DNA of 64,000 nucleotides from Camelus dromedarius. Its lineage: Eukaryota. The notes beneath the pieces were generated by a model that saw only the letters and a list, made by a program, of their open reading frames with translations, had not been told where the DNA came from and ran no database searches. The position numbers and the translations under genes were made by a program. Within the stretch, counting starts at the first letter, position 1; every line of letters begins with the position of its first letter. Shown here piece after piece: positions 37,028 to 51,440 of this stretch. Location of the stretch: NCBI RefSeq assembly GCF_036321535.1, contig NC_087436.1:86802001-86866000 (forward strand), given 5' to 3'.

Positions 37028-38657
37028 GTGTTTTTCACAGTACTACATCAAAATAACTACTAGGTAAGTGCTAGAGGGGGACAGCTTTCCCCTACTCCTG
37101 ATTCCCAGGAGGAGGGATTTCCTAAGCACACTCTTGTTCTCTCCCTGACCCTTTATTCCCTCTTGTCTTAAGGATAGGGGTGTTTATTTGGTTGGCAAGT
37201 TCAGAACCGATGAATGGGCTCAACTCTTGTCTTTTCTCCTCTTGGGAGGGGCCTGCGAATGTAGAGCTCCGTGGTACCCTGCTCTTTCCGAGTCAGTATC
37301 TGCCCTCATTGGCCGGCAGCCTCTTCTTTCTCCCCTCTTCTTATTCTTTAAAGCGAGCTGGTAGCAGCTTGTTTTGAATGAGATGCCTTGAATATTACTG
37401 GAAAAAGGTTAAATGGGGACTCATCAGTTACCTCTTTTGACATGTGTATTAAGGACTTGTATACAAAGAGAGATAGGAATGAACATAATACAGAGGAAAA
37501 CTTTCTTTTTTAATGATTGAGCTAAAAGTAGTGAAAGTTATTTTCCATTCTGAAAACAAAAGGGACAGATTTGGCTTGAAGAACACCACCATTTCTTATT
37601 GATTCTAAGGTGTCCATCTTTCACATTTTCACATTTCTGAAATTGGGATACATCTCAGAATTGATGGCATTTCATGATTTAATTGCAGTATTATTTTTCT
37701 TGCTGGGATACATAAAATAATGGTACATGTTATAATCAGTGGTGTCTTAGAGTCAATGAAATGGGATTTTGAAGGTAGGAAGTGGATGAAAATTTCCCTA
37801 GATCTTGGGTCTGACTTGGCATCTTCCTGACCAGTGCGCTGGCAAAGCCATTGTGTTAAAATAGAAGCATATGAGTGGCAGGTTGCCTTTGATGGCCGTG
37901 CATATGACAAAAGATTTGTCACTTGGGATATTCATCTCACTGTAGCACCTTTCATAAGAGGTGGTCTTTTTTTTAGGTGACTAGTGGTCTTTTTTTTGTG
38001 ACTAGTGGACTATGCTGTGAGTATATCTTGATTATTTAAGTAATACCCAACTTTCCCCTAATCTCCTCCAGGACCAAGGGATAGATGCTTTGGTGATGAC
38101 CTCAGACTGGTGCTATGAAGTCTTAAGATTTTTATTAGTGGATTCCTGACAGCTCAAGAATGTGTTGGCATAGTTTGGGTCCCTATAGAGAAAAATAAGT
38201 TGTGTAATATTTAAAATATAATACTAAGTTACAATAGTAGTGTACAAACATTTAATTATTAAATTTGCTTATTTCTTACCTGTTTTGTATATAACTCATT
38301 TTGATTAAAAATATGTGAGCCATTTTATTTACAACTGCTGATTTCTCATTTTGAACTAAAACTTAGTTAGAACAGTATACCTGAGATTAGTTAACTTTTT
38401 TCCAGAAATATGTACACTCAGAGGTATTGTTTAGATCAAGTGAAGAAAAATAATTTTTGAATACAAAGACTGTACTGTCTCTCAACTCCTCTAAGCATTC
38501 ACTTCATCCTCTTTTCTCTATAGATGGCCCCAGGTCCACTTTCTTCTTGGCTTTGGAGTGTTCCACATTATCCTTAGCTGCTAAGTATTAATTCCAGTAG
38601 TAGTGTTACGGCTCTCCCCTTCCCAAGGATGCGTGCACATGAACACACACATACACC

Positions 38658-38682
38658 CTCTCTCTCTCTCTCTCTCTCTCTC
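38658..38682. repeat. (CT)n microsatellite
   Basis: About 12 CT units, seen directly. Confidence 0.95.
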
Positions 38683-39214
38683 CCCCCCTCTCCCCTCCTT
38701 TTCCATGTGTAGCAGGCCTAAATAAGGAAAATTAGAACTAAAGCAACTTTGATTCTGACAAATAGGGAACCTTGGGGCTTTAACATTTGCTAGTCCCTTT
38801 TATTAGAATGTTCTTTTCCAGCTCTTCTCATGGCTGGTTAGATCAAAGCTTAAATACCATCTCCTCCGGGAAGCCTTCCCTGAGTAGCTTTCTGCATCAC
38901 GTTGTTTTATATTTGCTTCTCATTTGCTGACGGTGTTTTGTTTGCATGGTCATTGTCTCCTTCTACTAGATTACAGGACAGTTGAAACTGGGGACCTTAT
39001 TGACCTTATTCACAAGTATGTCCCAGAATACAGAATCTTCATCTTCGCACCTACAATAGCAGGCTTTACTGCCTGCCTGTGGGAATTTGAGAGGTTTGTT
39101 ATAAACATGGAGTTTACTTCCCACCAATTGGCACCTGCAATAAAAGGATAAATATTTGAGTGGTTTATCTGAGTCTAAAAGGATGTCTTGTTAATGGCCT
39201 TCAGGGCAGAAGCT

Positions 39215-39662
39215 TGTTAGTGTTCTCACCACCTATTGTCACCTATTTATGAAGCACGTGGTCACCCAAAATAATGACTGTGATTCACAATTAGCCTTAC
39301 AGCTAGATGTGACCAGGGCGTGGTGAATGAGACATGAGTAGACGTCATGTGGGCCACTTTCAGGCTGTGCAGTTAAAATACAGGTACATGCCTTTCCTTT
39401 CCCCCTTTCTGTGTGCTGAAATGCGGCCTGGATGGCAGGGGCGGGAGTGACTGACTTGAATTATGAGAGGAGGCTTTGTGTTGAAGATGTTTGCCCGGAA
39501 AGATGGAAGAGCCATAGTTAGTTCACTGAGGGCAGTGTAAACACTGTATCAGCCCTGGACCACCGACCTGGTCCTTATGTGAATGAGAAATGCATTCCCT
39601 TCTTGTTTAAGCCACTATAATTTTGAGTCTCTGTGATCACAGCCAAACATTCTAATTAACAT
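39215..39662 (+). mobile_element. MLT1 (MaLR) solo LTR, old subfamily
   Basis: gctagatgtgaccagggcgtgg...cttgtttaagccactataattttgagtctctgtg...ctaattaaca. Confidence 0.75.
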
Positions 39663-41712
39663 GGTTATCTTTTAACTGCAGTTTTCATCACAGAAGTTTG
39701 TGCTGTGAGTCTTGTAATTCTGATCATTTGTGATCTCATGGAGAAGTGATCAAAATAATGGAGGGTCTGGATGCTTGGGCTCTTCAACATCACTAGATTC
39801 TGGAAATATATAGATATAGATATTTGGAAACAGTGTATGAGATTTAACTTATTTTAATGCAACACTAAATTATTAGAGATTTAAAATTTTTTCCACAGAA
39901 ATTTATGGAAAAAAGTCCCAGATGAAGGACATTTGGAATTAAAGAGACCTGAGCAGCCTAACATGTAGGTTCTTCAGGGGCTCATGTGATTAGACTCTTT
40001 TATTAATTCAAAAGACCTCTTACCCACCTCCCCCAACAATTCAGAACACTTGGGAGGCACTGTCTCACCTGTAGGTAGAATAAACTTTACTAATCTTCAA
40101 AAATATAAATCATCTCTTCATCACTTTCTCCCTTCTCCAGGGAAACCTCTGCCCTCTACTTCTTTGCCAAGAGAGGTGTCAGTTCCCAACAGTGGAGGGA
40201 AAAAGCTAAAACACCTTTTCCAAGAGAAAATATTCTGTTCCATTTCATATAATAACCATCTATTGAACACATACTGCCTGCCAGATAGTGAAGTTATAAA
40301 ACCAAAAAATATATGGTTATTTGGATGTGAGTACAGTTTATTCTGTCATGTAGATTAGATATCAGCACATTAGTACCATCTGTGCCATTTTCAGGGCTAC
40401 AGGACCAAGCAGGATTTCCTAGGCTGATCCAAGTACCTAAGTACTGCGTTTATAGTATTACCTCTATGAGAAAAGTAAGTCCTAGATTTTCATCCAGTAT
40501 ATAAATAAATTTATAAAAATCCAATTTATAAGTAAATTTTTTGAACTGCTGATTCAGCCTTGAGGACTGTATAGCAGAAGTTGGACAAGTTACAAACTTG
40601 ACCTTGGTCCTACCGCTGGTAAGTGTCAGGGGCAGGTTAATACCCGGATGTGTCTGATACTGAAGGCGTGCCCTTCACTGCTGTGTATTGCGGTGATATT
40701 TGTCCTGGGGCAAGGCATCAAAATGACTGTTGGCCACTTTCTTCTCATACCCTACCCATGCTCGTTCTCAGGCATTAGGATAAAAAAATTTTCAAAACAC
40801 AGCAGGGTCTGTATAACCCACTGATGCAGATTTCCATTTATCTGCATTTAAGCTGGTAACTTTCCCTGTGAGTACTGAGAGCTTTTAAACGTGTTTCCCA
40901 CTAGTCTGTTTTTCATTGATATATCTATAAATTTGGCATCCAGGTTAGGTTTTCATCTTGAGTTTTGCTCTTGAGCAAGCCTCTTATTGAAACCTTATGA
41001 GACTCACACGTTTCTCCATAAGGATACAGCATCTCGATTTCACTTTTCTCTTGCAGAGTATTTTATTTTAATGTTGTTCGTCTCCCCTATCACATTAAAG
41101 TATTGTGTTTTTGAATAATAAAAGAGAGAGACAAATGGAAAAACAGAAAACAAAAAAAACCAAACCAAAAACCACCCGTGAACTTCTTATTCTTTTGCCC
41201 AGGGAGGGCGCATTGCCAGGTTTTGGAGTTAGGTGAATTCGAGCCAAGCATCTGATTAGAAAGTAAAGAATCGAATATATAGGCTAAGTAAACTATTCCT
41301 TTTAAACTGAGTTAGCTTGAGAAGCAGTGATATCATATATTATTCCAGCTGGAAACTAGAGCTAGTAATCTAGCAGAGTAATTCAAGGCTAACAATTTTG
41401 GTTCTGAGCGTTTTGTGGGTCTACCAAAAAAGTTTCAAATACAGACTTTATGCCAGTGGCCAAAGGCACATCTGGGTGTGTCTTCGCTTTGTGAAAAACA
41501 GGAAGGGTACAACCATCCCAGTTTGCTTGACCAAAAGGGTAATAATAATGGTTTGTGCTTCCCTGCAGTGACTGAGTCTCCATCCTGAACCACTCCGTCT
41601 CACTGTTTGTACTATGCTGGCCACCCCAACGGCTGCTTAGATTCTGTTTTTCTTTTTTAAGGGTTTTTAAGAATGTAAGGCAATAACACTGTCTAATCGA
41701 TGTTTTCTTTTT

Positions 41713-42062
41713 TCTGCATACTTGTTCTTTTTTTTAACTTAATTTTTTAATTGAACTGTTGTTGATTTACAATGTTAGTTTTGGGTGTACAGCAAATCAA
41801 TTCAGTTATATGTATACATACATATTTTTTCTTTTCAGATTTTTTCCATTATATGTTATTACAAGAAACTGAATATCGTTATCTGTGCTATACAGTAGGT
41901 CCTTGTTGTTTATTTATTTTATACATAGTGATGTGTATCTGTTAATCCCCAACTCCTAATTTATCCCTCCCTTGCCCTTTCCCACTTGGTAACTATAGTT
42001 TGTTTTCTGTGTCCATGAATGTGTTTTTGGTTTGTAAATAGAATTTGTTTCATTTCTTTTAG
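41713..42062 (-). mobile_element. 5'-truncated L1 3' UTR with 17-bp TSD
   Basis: TSD at(c/t)gatgttttcttttt at 41696-41712 and 42063-42079. Confidence 0.9.
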
Positions 42063-44889
42063 ATTGATGTTTTCTTTTTATAATGTTAGTCTTGGAGAAA
42101 CCAAGTCTTGCTTATACCCATTTTCAGGGTGTGTTGGGTGCAACTTAATGGCGGGTCTCTCTGAAGGAAGCGCATGCCTAGGCGGCTGGCTGACTAGAGG
42201 GCCCCACCGCTTCACTTCTGACTAGGGCTCCGAGGGTGCTGCAGGCTGGCTTGACATTACTGAGCACCTGGGACTAGACAGTAGGCTTGGGCCTGGGTGT
42301 GGATTTCACCTGTTTTCTATTTTTACCACTCTCAAAGAGCTAGATAGGATGAATTATTTATTGAGGGTTTTTTAGGGGGTGGGTAGGAGAGGACTGCTAG
42401 TCCTCAAAACGTAGGAGAAATCTTTGTTCAGGATCTCAGGTTTCTTGCTGGCGAGGGATAGCGTGAGGATTTGGCCAAGCCTGGTTTACCCGAGCACCTT
42501 GACTGAAGGTCTGTGCCTTGGTACCTGCTCTGCTGCTCCCATCTTTACTTCTGAGGTGATGGGCTCAAAGCAGAAGTGGAAGAGTGCTGAGTGGAAGCGG
42601 GCCAGTCTGTCTGTCCCTTGTTCTCCAGAAGGTGTTGGCGCTTGAAGTGATGTGTGTGAATGATGCGAATCTCCTAAAACAGACGTCCCTTAGTGGGAGT
42701 CCTGTATGTGGTGCTCCTCCATGCTCTCTGTCCTCAGTGTTTGCCAGGAAGGGCAGCACTAGCTTATAACCTGCAGGGTGGTGTTGCAGAGTCACTTTAC
42801 AAACGTTATGGAAACACTGCTTCTGTAGGAATTGATGTCATTTTATATCTGTGCAGAAAAAAATCCACATCCGGGCCATTACATATGTGTTGTACCGTAG
42901 GTTTTTAACAGGAATCTTCCCTAACACAGTATACAGGAACACTTTTCTTACTTCTTTCTAATCTCCTGATTTTGAGCTCTTAAAAAAGTAGCAAATAAGC
43001 AAAACAGAATTGCCAGAAGCCTTTTCCAGGGGACAAAATGTGTTAAAAATGGATAGATTACCACTCTGCCAGGTGGAGCTATTTTTGTTATTATCTGCTC
43101 ATGTGATTAAAAAAAAAATCTATTGTGCTTTGACAACAGAGTAAAAAAGATTCCTTTTTGTACTTGGTCCATGTAGAGTTGGTATAATCCTTTTTTTTTT
43201 AAAGTGAGTTGTTTTGTTTAGTGTGGCTGTTTTGTTTGATATATTAGTATGTGTTTGAAGTTTGTTTTCCTTGCAACATTTTGGATTCATAATTTTTAAA
43301 TAGAAAAAAATGAGGAAATGAAATTGTAAAAATTTGGATTTGGCATTCCTGGTTGTTGACTCTCACTGAAAAATACAGAATTTTTCATCTGTCTTGTTAA
43401 ATACTTGATACCCATACTTTCTAACTTTAATTTAGTTTTGGTAGAAAAACATTATAAAATATTAAAACATTATAACATTTATACATGTATAGTACATCAA
43501 GGTATTTTGGGAGTAGAAGGAAGACAACTGTATGAAACTTTAATATATGTAACATTTTTAGTTAATTAATTTTTAAGGTAACCTTTGTTTGATGGATTTT
43601 TTCTTTTGCTCCTTTTTAAGATTATAGTCTAAATGAACAAAAGAAAAGAAAAAGATACATTACCAGTAATCCCATAAATAAACTCTTTAGAGGAAAGCTG
43701 CATATTTAAATGTGATAAATACACTAACCAAGGCATAAGCAATCAGCACTCTTCTCTCAACTGACTAGAATAGTTTCTAATGGCACCCTCCTGATTTAAA
43801 TCCTCCTTATGAATAATTTATATACTGACTGGGAAAACAACTAATTCAGTGTGTTCCTGCTTAGCTTAACAAAAGAATAGAGAGGGGGAAATAAAAAAGG
43901 AAAATAAAGACCAAAGTTTAGAAGCGAAAATATTTTGCTTTTGTAGAGGTGCTAATAAAATTACCTCCAAATGGAGATTATTTCTCATGTAGCCAAAACA
44001 TAAAATCCATCTACTCTACCAACAAATATTTATCGAACACCTACTAGACACCAGACACCATTGTTTGGCATTGAGGCTGCATCAGCAAACAGGTAAAACA
44101 AGGTCTCTCCTATTATGCAGCTTACACTGTATAATGAGTAGAGTTAAGTGCAGTCAGCACAGATTTTGATCATCTGTTGGGTGTGAAGCATCCTATTAGA
44201 TTTTAAGAAGGGTTTTTAAAAAATTAGTTTTGAATTGATGAAAGATGTATATCGTAACACCTGAATGGTTTCTTTTTCAGTCTGCCATAGCCCCCTTTAC
44301 ATGCATCCGTGCTAATACATATCATCCGTCTTCCCTGTCACAGCCACAGCAATACTGACAGACCAGCATCTCATGACTTACTTATCCAAGCTTCCCCTTC
44401 ACTTGGAGTATAGCTACATGGTTTATAAGCTCACAGTGCATATTGGTTCAGTGAATGTAGTTCTTACAGTTAGTGAAACATTCTCATCTGATTTTTACCT
44501 CAAATTGATTTTCACCAAAATACCTAAGAGAGGTAATTTTATGGTTGAAGCAACGGAAGATCAAAGAGTCTAGGTGACTACTTCTGGTCACACGGAAAAT
44601 AGACATGCTTTTATGCACATGTAAAAGAACCAGGAGTCACAGGTAAACCAGCTTTAAGAATATTAATTGGACCTAAACTTTCCTTTTTGTTGTGAAAGTT
44701 CGTAGAGGAGGGTACAGCTGATCATATCTAATGTAACTTGATCTAATCTTTCAAATCTATGAACCTTACCAAAAACTCATCATCTTTCTTTTGCCAAACC
44801 ACTGCCATTTTCACCTTTCACTTTGTGAAATCATTCTGCAGTTTGTGCAGGATGTTTGTACTGAAGTTACAAGATAATTGATCCTCGTT

Positions 44890-45100
44890 ACCACTTTGCT
44901 AAGTGCCAGGAACCGGGCTTAAGTGGTTTACATGCATTGTCTCATTCAAGTCTTACAATCCTAGTAATTGTTTTATAGATGAGGAAACAGAAGCTTGGAG
45001 AAGTCTCAGGCTGAGGTGACTGTAAGTGGTGGAGCCTAGATTCTCTCCTGACTCTGCCCAACCCCAAAGTCTGTGCTTCCAGGAATTGTGCTTCACTACT
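44890..45100 (-). mobile_element. MIR
   Basis: ttttatagatgaggaaacagaagctt...gtaagtggtggagcctagatt. Confidence 0.8.
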
Positions 45101-46539
45101 TCAAAAGGCTTTGTTGAAAATCAATAAGTGTTGTTGTCAAACTACATATCTAATGTAGGATGTGAAAGTCTGCCTATTTATGAGAAAATCATCTGTACAT
45201 CAATTTATTGGAAAATGTAAACAAAGTCAGGCTCGTGATTTTTTATTTTTTGTGGAAATCAGTCTGTTTTTGCTTTATGAATAAGTAATACACCTTGTAT
45301 TTTTTCCAAGGGGCAAGCCCCTTCAAGACGTCAAATTCATTTTATTTGTCACTTTTCAGTCATACATCAGGATTGATAAGTAACGCAACACACAGGAATA
45401 GAGGGGTTAGGCTCCCTAGAGTGAGCTCCAAAGCCTGGAATGTTCTAGTGTAGTGAGGTTCAATCCAAACAACAAGCAGTTTTTGACTTCTTGCAAAGAC
45501 TTTGTATTGTTGCCTTCATTTACTTCAGAAACCTCAGCCATCTTTGTACGTACCATCCTTAGATTCTCATTGCTGGGAAGGACTTTAGCAGTCACCTGTG
45601 TAAGAATCCCTCTATGGCAAATCCTCTCTCCAGATTTGAATAAACTGTGTGAGTCTACTCAAGGCCTAGATTTCTTTCTAAACATTGCACACACAGACAA
45701 ATTTTACTATTAGCTTTGAGGGGAAACATAATTAAGGCAATGGACTATTTGCTGTATTTTAAACCTCTTTATTTGAAGTTTTATGTTTGTGTCTCTCATA
45801 AATAGTGCTCTTTTCTCAAACTGTACTTAATTTTGCCATCTTTCTGCAGCTGAAATTACATTTGGTGCTCTTTTATGCAAAATTATTGAATGGTAGGAGG
45901 AATGATCTTTATTATTGAGGGACAGGGAATGCTCAGACTCAACAAAGAGGCCAGAAGAGATGCTCGCAGAAGCCACCCGGACTAGCCACATTTCCATTCT
46001 GGCAGCTGCATGTTCCATCTTGTCCCTCAGGAAGACAAGGTAGTAAAAAGACATGAGATGATCCAAGACATCCTTAACAGCTAGGAAATCCATGAAACAG
46101 TTTTCCATTAAGGGTAGACAACCTATAGCAAATATAATCATTTGACAACTGTATAAGGGGTGTTAAAAATAATTTCATTGGTGATAGAGGGGTTTTTGTA
46201 GGTTGGTTGGTTTCTGGTGGTAGAGATGATAGTTGTAATGAGATACTTAGCCACGGTGATCTTAATATGCATGCAAATCTATTTCACTGGCTTCTGTGTC
46301 ATTGCATATGCTGTTTTCTTCTACTAGATCATTTTCTCTACTTATCCAGAAGACCTTCCCTTATTCTTCAAGTCCAAATTAGCTGCCTTTCCATGGGTGC
46401 TTCCCATCATCTCGTACTGATCACTTTGTCTTCTTATTGCCTAATTTATTTTTATCTTCTCAGCTCTCTAAAGGTAGGGATCCTGTATGTTTTGTTTACT
46501 GCTGTTTTTCCACCTGACACATAGTAGGTGTTCAATAAA

Positions 46540-47880
46540 AATTTCCTTTCAAGTTATAAATTTAATGCAGTGTCATTCAGAATTCCAGCAAATGATTTTT
46601 TTTAAGAATTTGATAAAGTTACTCTTAAAAATAGTCAGTAAAAACCTGGAAAATAATAATGTTGATTTAAAGACTCATCTAATTAGCCCACATTGATACT
46701 TATCAATATATAATGTCAATTATGTATTAATAATGTTTGTTAATATTTTCTAGTAGGTTTTGTTTTTTTTCTATTTGCCCTTTTAATTCAGTAATAATTA
46801 CTATCTTCCCCATCAACAATGATTACTAATAATTTGTATTGCTACAAAATAGTTAAAAAGTAGTTGCTATAGTATTATAGAATATTAATAAATTTAATGT
46901 GTTTAAAGGCAGTACCACAAACCAATGGGAAAAGGAAGAATATTTAATAAATGGACAAGAACAATTGGTGGGGGATAGTTACTGCTGTATAAAATGGATA
47001 AATTAAAAACCAAAATCTAAAGAGAGCTACTATAAAATATTGGTAAGAATATATATTATCTGGGAGTAGGGAAGAACATTCCAAGCAAAAAAGCCATGGA
47101 ATTAATGACAAAGGGGGAAAATCACCAGCTATAGTAACTATAGCTTAGTGGTTAAGAGAAAGGGCTTTAAAATCAGATGGTCCTGCATCTGAATTTTGCC
47201 CTGAACACTTACCAAGTGATCTTATGGGAAATTATTTACCTCATTAAGCCTCAGTCTCCAAATGTTTACTTCTCCTAGTTAATAAAAAATGTAAACTCAA
47301 GCTACGCTGAAAATCAATTTACCACTTCATATTAGCAAAGATTAACAACTGATAATTTAGTGTTGGGTAGAGTTCAGTGACATGCTCATCAAGATACATT
47401 ACTCTTGGGAGGGTGAATTTTGTCGAAGCACTTTGGCAACATGATGAGACCCTTAAGAGTTATATCTTTCCTGGTAATTTCACTTGTGGTAATTAATCTT
47501 AAGAATGTCGTCAGAGATGCCGGTATGATTTACTTTATATGGTGTTCACTGCAGTTTTATTTATAATAATGAAAAATTAGGAGCAACCTAAGTGTTCCAC
47601 AATAGAATGATAGAAGGTAGTATGTAGTCATTAAAAAGCAAGTTATTGAAGAATATTTTAATGAGGTGAGGAAATGTTAATCATGCAATGCTAATAGAAA
47701 GAGTTTAATCCCTATGGATATGGAAAACAAAACTGCATATATAGTATAACTCCAACCCTGTTAAATAACAACAACAAAAGGGTGAAGAAAGTAAGAGGAG
47801 TTAGGTACATAGACAAAATCAGAAGAAATAATGGAAACAAACACATGAAAATGATTATTATAGTTTTCAGTAAGTGGAGG
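46540..47880 (+). mobile_element. Degraded old L1M fragments with an internal MIR (about 47140-47260)
   Basis: ORF2-like and 3' UTR-like motifs such as ttatttataataatgaaaaattaggagcaacctaagtgttcca. Confidence 0.6.
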
Positions 47881-47884
47881 ATTT

Positions 47885-48390
47885 TCCAGTTATGTACTGC
47901 TGCACAGCAAATTACCCCAAAATTTAGTGGTTTAGAGCAAGCATTTTATCATATCTGTCCATTTCGTGTGGCAGGAATTCAAGCAGAGCTCAGCTGGGCA
48001 GTTCTTCAACTCTGCATGGCAGCTAGTGTGGTGACCTGGCGACATTTGGCTGGGAGAGGGGCTGAAATAGGGGGTCCAGGATGGCGACAGTCACATGTCT
48101 GGGCTCGTGGGGAACAGCTTGAAGGATGGGCTCAGTGGCAGTGCCTACACATGACCTCTTTACATGACAGCCTCAGGGTGACCAGACTGCTTACGTGGAG
48201 GCTCGGTCTTCCTGGGAGGGTGTTGCAGGGGACTGGTGGAAGCTGTAACACTGCTTATTCTAATAACCTAGCCTCAGAGGTGCCAGAACATCACTTCTTT
48301 TAACCAGCCCAGAGTTGAAGGGATAAAATTGGACTTCATAAAAGGAGGAGAAACAAAGAATTTGTGACTGTCTTTAGTCTACCTCAGTTG
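47885..48390 (-). mobile_element. MLT1 (MaLR) solo LTR
   Basis: caaattaccccaaaatttagtggttt...caggaattcaagcagagctcagctggg...acctagcctcagag. Confidence 0.8.
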
Positions 48391-51300
48391 AATTGAGTGA
48401 TTTTTATTTTCTTGTTTCTGTAAAGTCTAATGCAAATGTAGTATTTTTTGTACATTTGTAAGAGCTCTTTATGTCTATATATGCTAAAAGTTCATAACCT
48501 TGAATGAGATAATTCACATAAAGTACTTAACCGTGTGTCTGGCATAAATAGCATCCTCTATAAATGTCAGCTGCTATTAGTATCATCTTTATTCCTTTCT
48601 CATTAGAACAGAAGTGTGTTGAGGGGATTTATTCACAGTGGCTCATTGAAAAAGGCATTAAAAAAAGACACATTTTTTGCCTGGGCAAGCCAAATGAGAT
48701 TTCACGAGCAGTTGACACTTAAACTATGTTTTGAAGGAGGAAAGGGAATTTACCAGTTAGAGAAGGGTGGGAAAGGCACTCAAAGTAGTAGGTAGTAGGC
48801 GCTACGTATTCAAAGACACAGAGTTCTGCTGTGTGGCGTGCTGCAGGACCTTTTAGCCTGGCAGGGTTCACATATAAGATGCACATTTGTGGAGAAGGGC
48901 AGAGGCTTGGGGAGGAAGGATTAAATTCAAGAGATAATCCAGAAACAGAACCTACAGGTTTTAGCAACTGATCAGCTGTAACAGTTCCTGGAGAGTTACA
49001 GCAAACAAAATTTATCTATTCACTAGTTAAAGCAATCTTACTATCTGTTCCTGATTCAGTTTTCTTTCTTTTAACTTCAACATGATTTGTTATGTGAAAA
49101 GGACAGAGCTCAGACCAAGTAATAAACTACACATGGATAAATTTCCTTTCAAACCAAAAAAATTAGGTTTTGTTGTTGGAGAAAATGACTGACTAAGCTG
49201 TACTTCTCAGTTTAAAATAAGGTGATATATATGTATGTATACATTTTTTTTTTTTGAGAAAGTCAGCAAAACTGAACATTTGTCCGTCATCTCAGAGTGG
49301 TTGCTCTTGCCTATTGGGCTTATTAGCTCCATTCTTTTGTCCCAGAGCTCTCATGCTCATATGCCATATGGCCTCCACATCTGGTGACCAGTCCATGCTC
49401 TTTTCAGGGGAAGAAAACAAAATTTCCTTTGAGGTACTACATAAATATATTTCTGTAGAATCTGCTACTGCCCTTGTCTGCAAATATCTGGGTCCCAAAT
49501 TAAATGCACAAAGCTGAAATCATATTACTTTTCAAAGATAACAATAATTAAATCAGACACAATACAAATTAGGGCTTTAAACTTTTTGGCACCAGTCCTT
49601 TTCTTCCAGCTTATTACTTGCGATGATAGCCCTTTGATGTTTTGACATATCTCTGAAATCATGATTAAATATGGTAACGAAAGCTAGTACTGCCTTATTG
49701 TACTGGGCAAGTCATTCGAAATCAATATTATAGGAGAAAAAAATGCTATTTGGAAAAGTTCTTCTAAATTTAATAAATTTAATTTATGTTGAAGATTCCA
49801 AGTCTTTTTTTTCCCCCTCCAGAACTGTCATTAAAGTAGTTATCTCAATGTTGTTAAACCAAATAAAAACTTCAAATAAAAAAGTAAGTTCAAGATACTA
49901 TTAGCAAATATTTATCACTTAATATTTTGAAAAATTTATCATAGTCAGATATCCACTGTCCCATGGAGAAGAAAAGACAATTAAGCTTTTTGGCAGCCAC
50001 TTTTAGCCGTATGCTTTGCAGTCATTTAAAAATAATTTCTTTGGGGAATGCTTTGAGAGGAATGTTGAAGCACATGCATGTGCAATACTGTTGGTAACAC
50101 AATCAGGGTTCTTTGTTTCAACACCAAGGATTTTATAATTTTCTTAACTCATTGAGTCATTGTTGCTTCTCTCACTGTTTTAGAACATGATTAAAATTTG
50201 TACCATTTTTCCTGTGTTTAAGAAACAAAGCAGGGAAAAGGAGGGAAGACATAATCCAGATAAGCTGGTTGTATAGAAAAAGATTTTCCTAAAGTGTTAA
50301 CTGATGTTGTGAAAAGCTGTTTTAGTAATAAGCCTAATGGGAAAACAATGTGGGCAAGAAACTCGGTGACACTGAAATTTGACTCTTTCAAAGTAATGTC
50401 AGGTACCAGGAACAAAGGGACACAATGAACAGAATCAATCCCATGTGTTGTTAAACAGTTTTTTTGGTTTTGTTTTGTTCCTCTGCTGCCTCTTCTCGTA
50501 GCTCCTGAGGTGTAGACGGGGTGCGAGGACTGGCAGTGTGGCCAGCCGTGGTAGGGCTGCTGGGCTTTCCTGTTCTTCAGCTCCTGACTACCACCTTTGC
50601 AATGATGTTAATCTTGTTCTACCTTCCTTCTCCTGGTACTGCCATTTTAATCTTGCCTTATTTTTTCCCTAGTACAATAGCCTTGATTTGAAGTTCATAT
50701 AAGTAATAAGTAAAAAAATAAGCAAGCAGTCAATGCAGTTGTAGTCTAAAAATTGTATCCCAAATCTGGAAAATATCTATTAGATGGGAATTCATATCAG
50801 AAGTCACCACTGAAGAAGGAGTTAGAGGTGGGGAGGCATAACCATATAACTGTTGTAATATTGTCAAGAATAGGTAGTTACTAGCAAGGCCTCTTAATTT
50901 AGTTGCTTCATCAATTAAAAGGGATATTATTTTCTTTTCTCCTTTCCTTGAGGAAACACTGTAATGATTAATATTACCTTACTTTCAGTCTCCAAGGATC
51001 AAGTCTCTTGATCTTTCGAAACCCCCTTTTCCTCGTTTGTGTAACTGGGGTGGCTTTGGGGTGGTTCTGGGCCTTAGGAATAATGTGTACACTGCACGAG
51101 GCCCAGTGCCTGCTAGGTCATGGGTCCTCCAAAGGTAGACTGCTCCTGCTCCTGCTCCTCTGCTGCTGCCACTAGGACTACTGTTACCTCCCGATTTGCC
51201 AGGACTTCACCAATACTAGTTCTGTTCCATGATTAAAATAAGAATCATGATACAGCTGAGATTCATTTGTACCACTTCCTGCGTGAGAGTTTGTTTTGCT

Positions 51301-51440
51301 TTATTAAGAGGAAAGAGAAGATAGCATTTCAAATAACCCTGACATGTAATTTAAATTAGGGTTTCAGTTTTTTTATTTTAGTAAGGCTTTCTTATTGATT
51401 GATTGATTGAGTGATTGGCTTTTTTTGTTGTAACAAAGCC

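Noticed and set aside
47782..48303. 173-aa ORF
   Set aside because: It spans an L1M/MLT1 junction, starts with GTG and shows no recognisable protein similarity.
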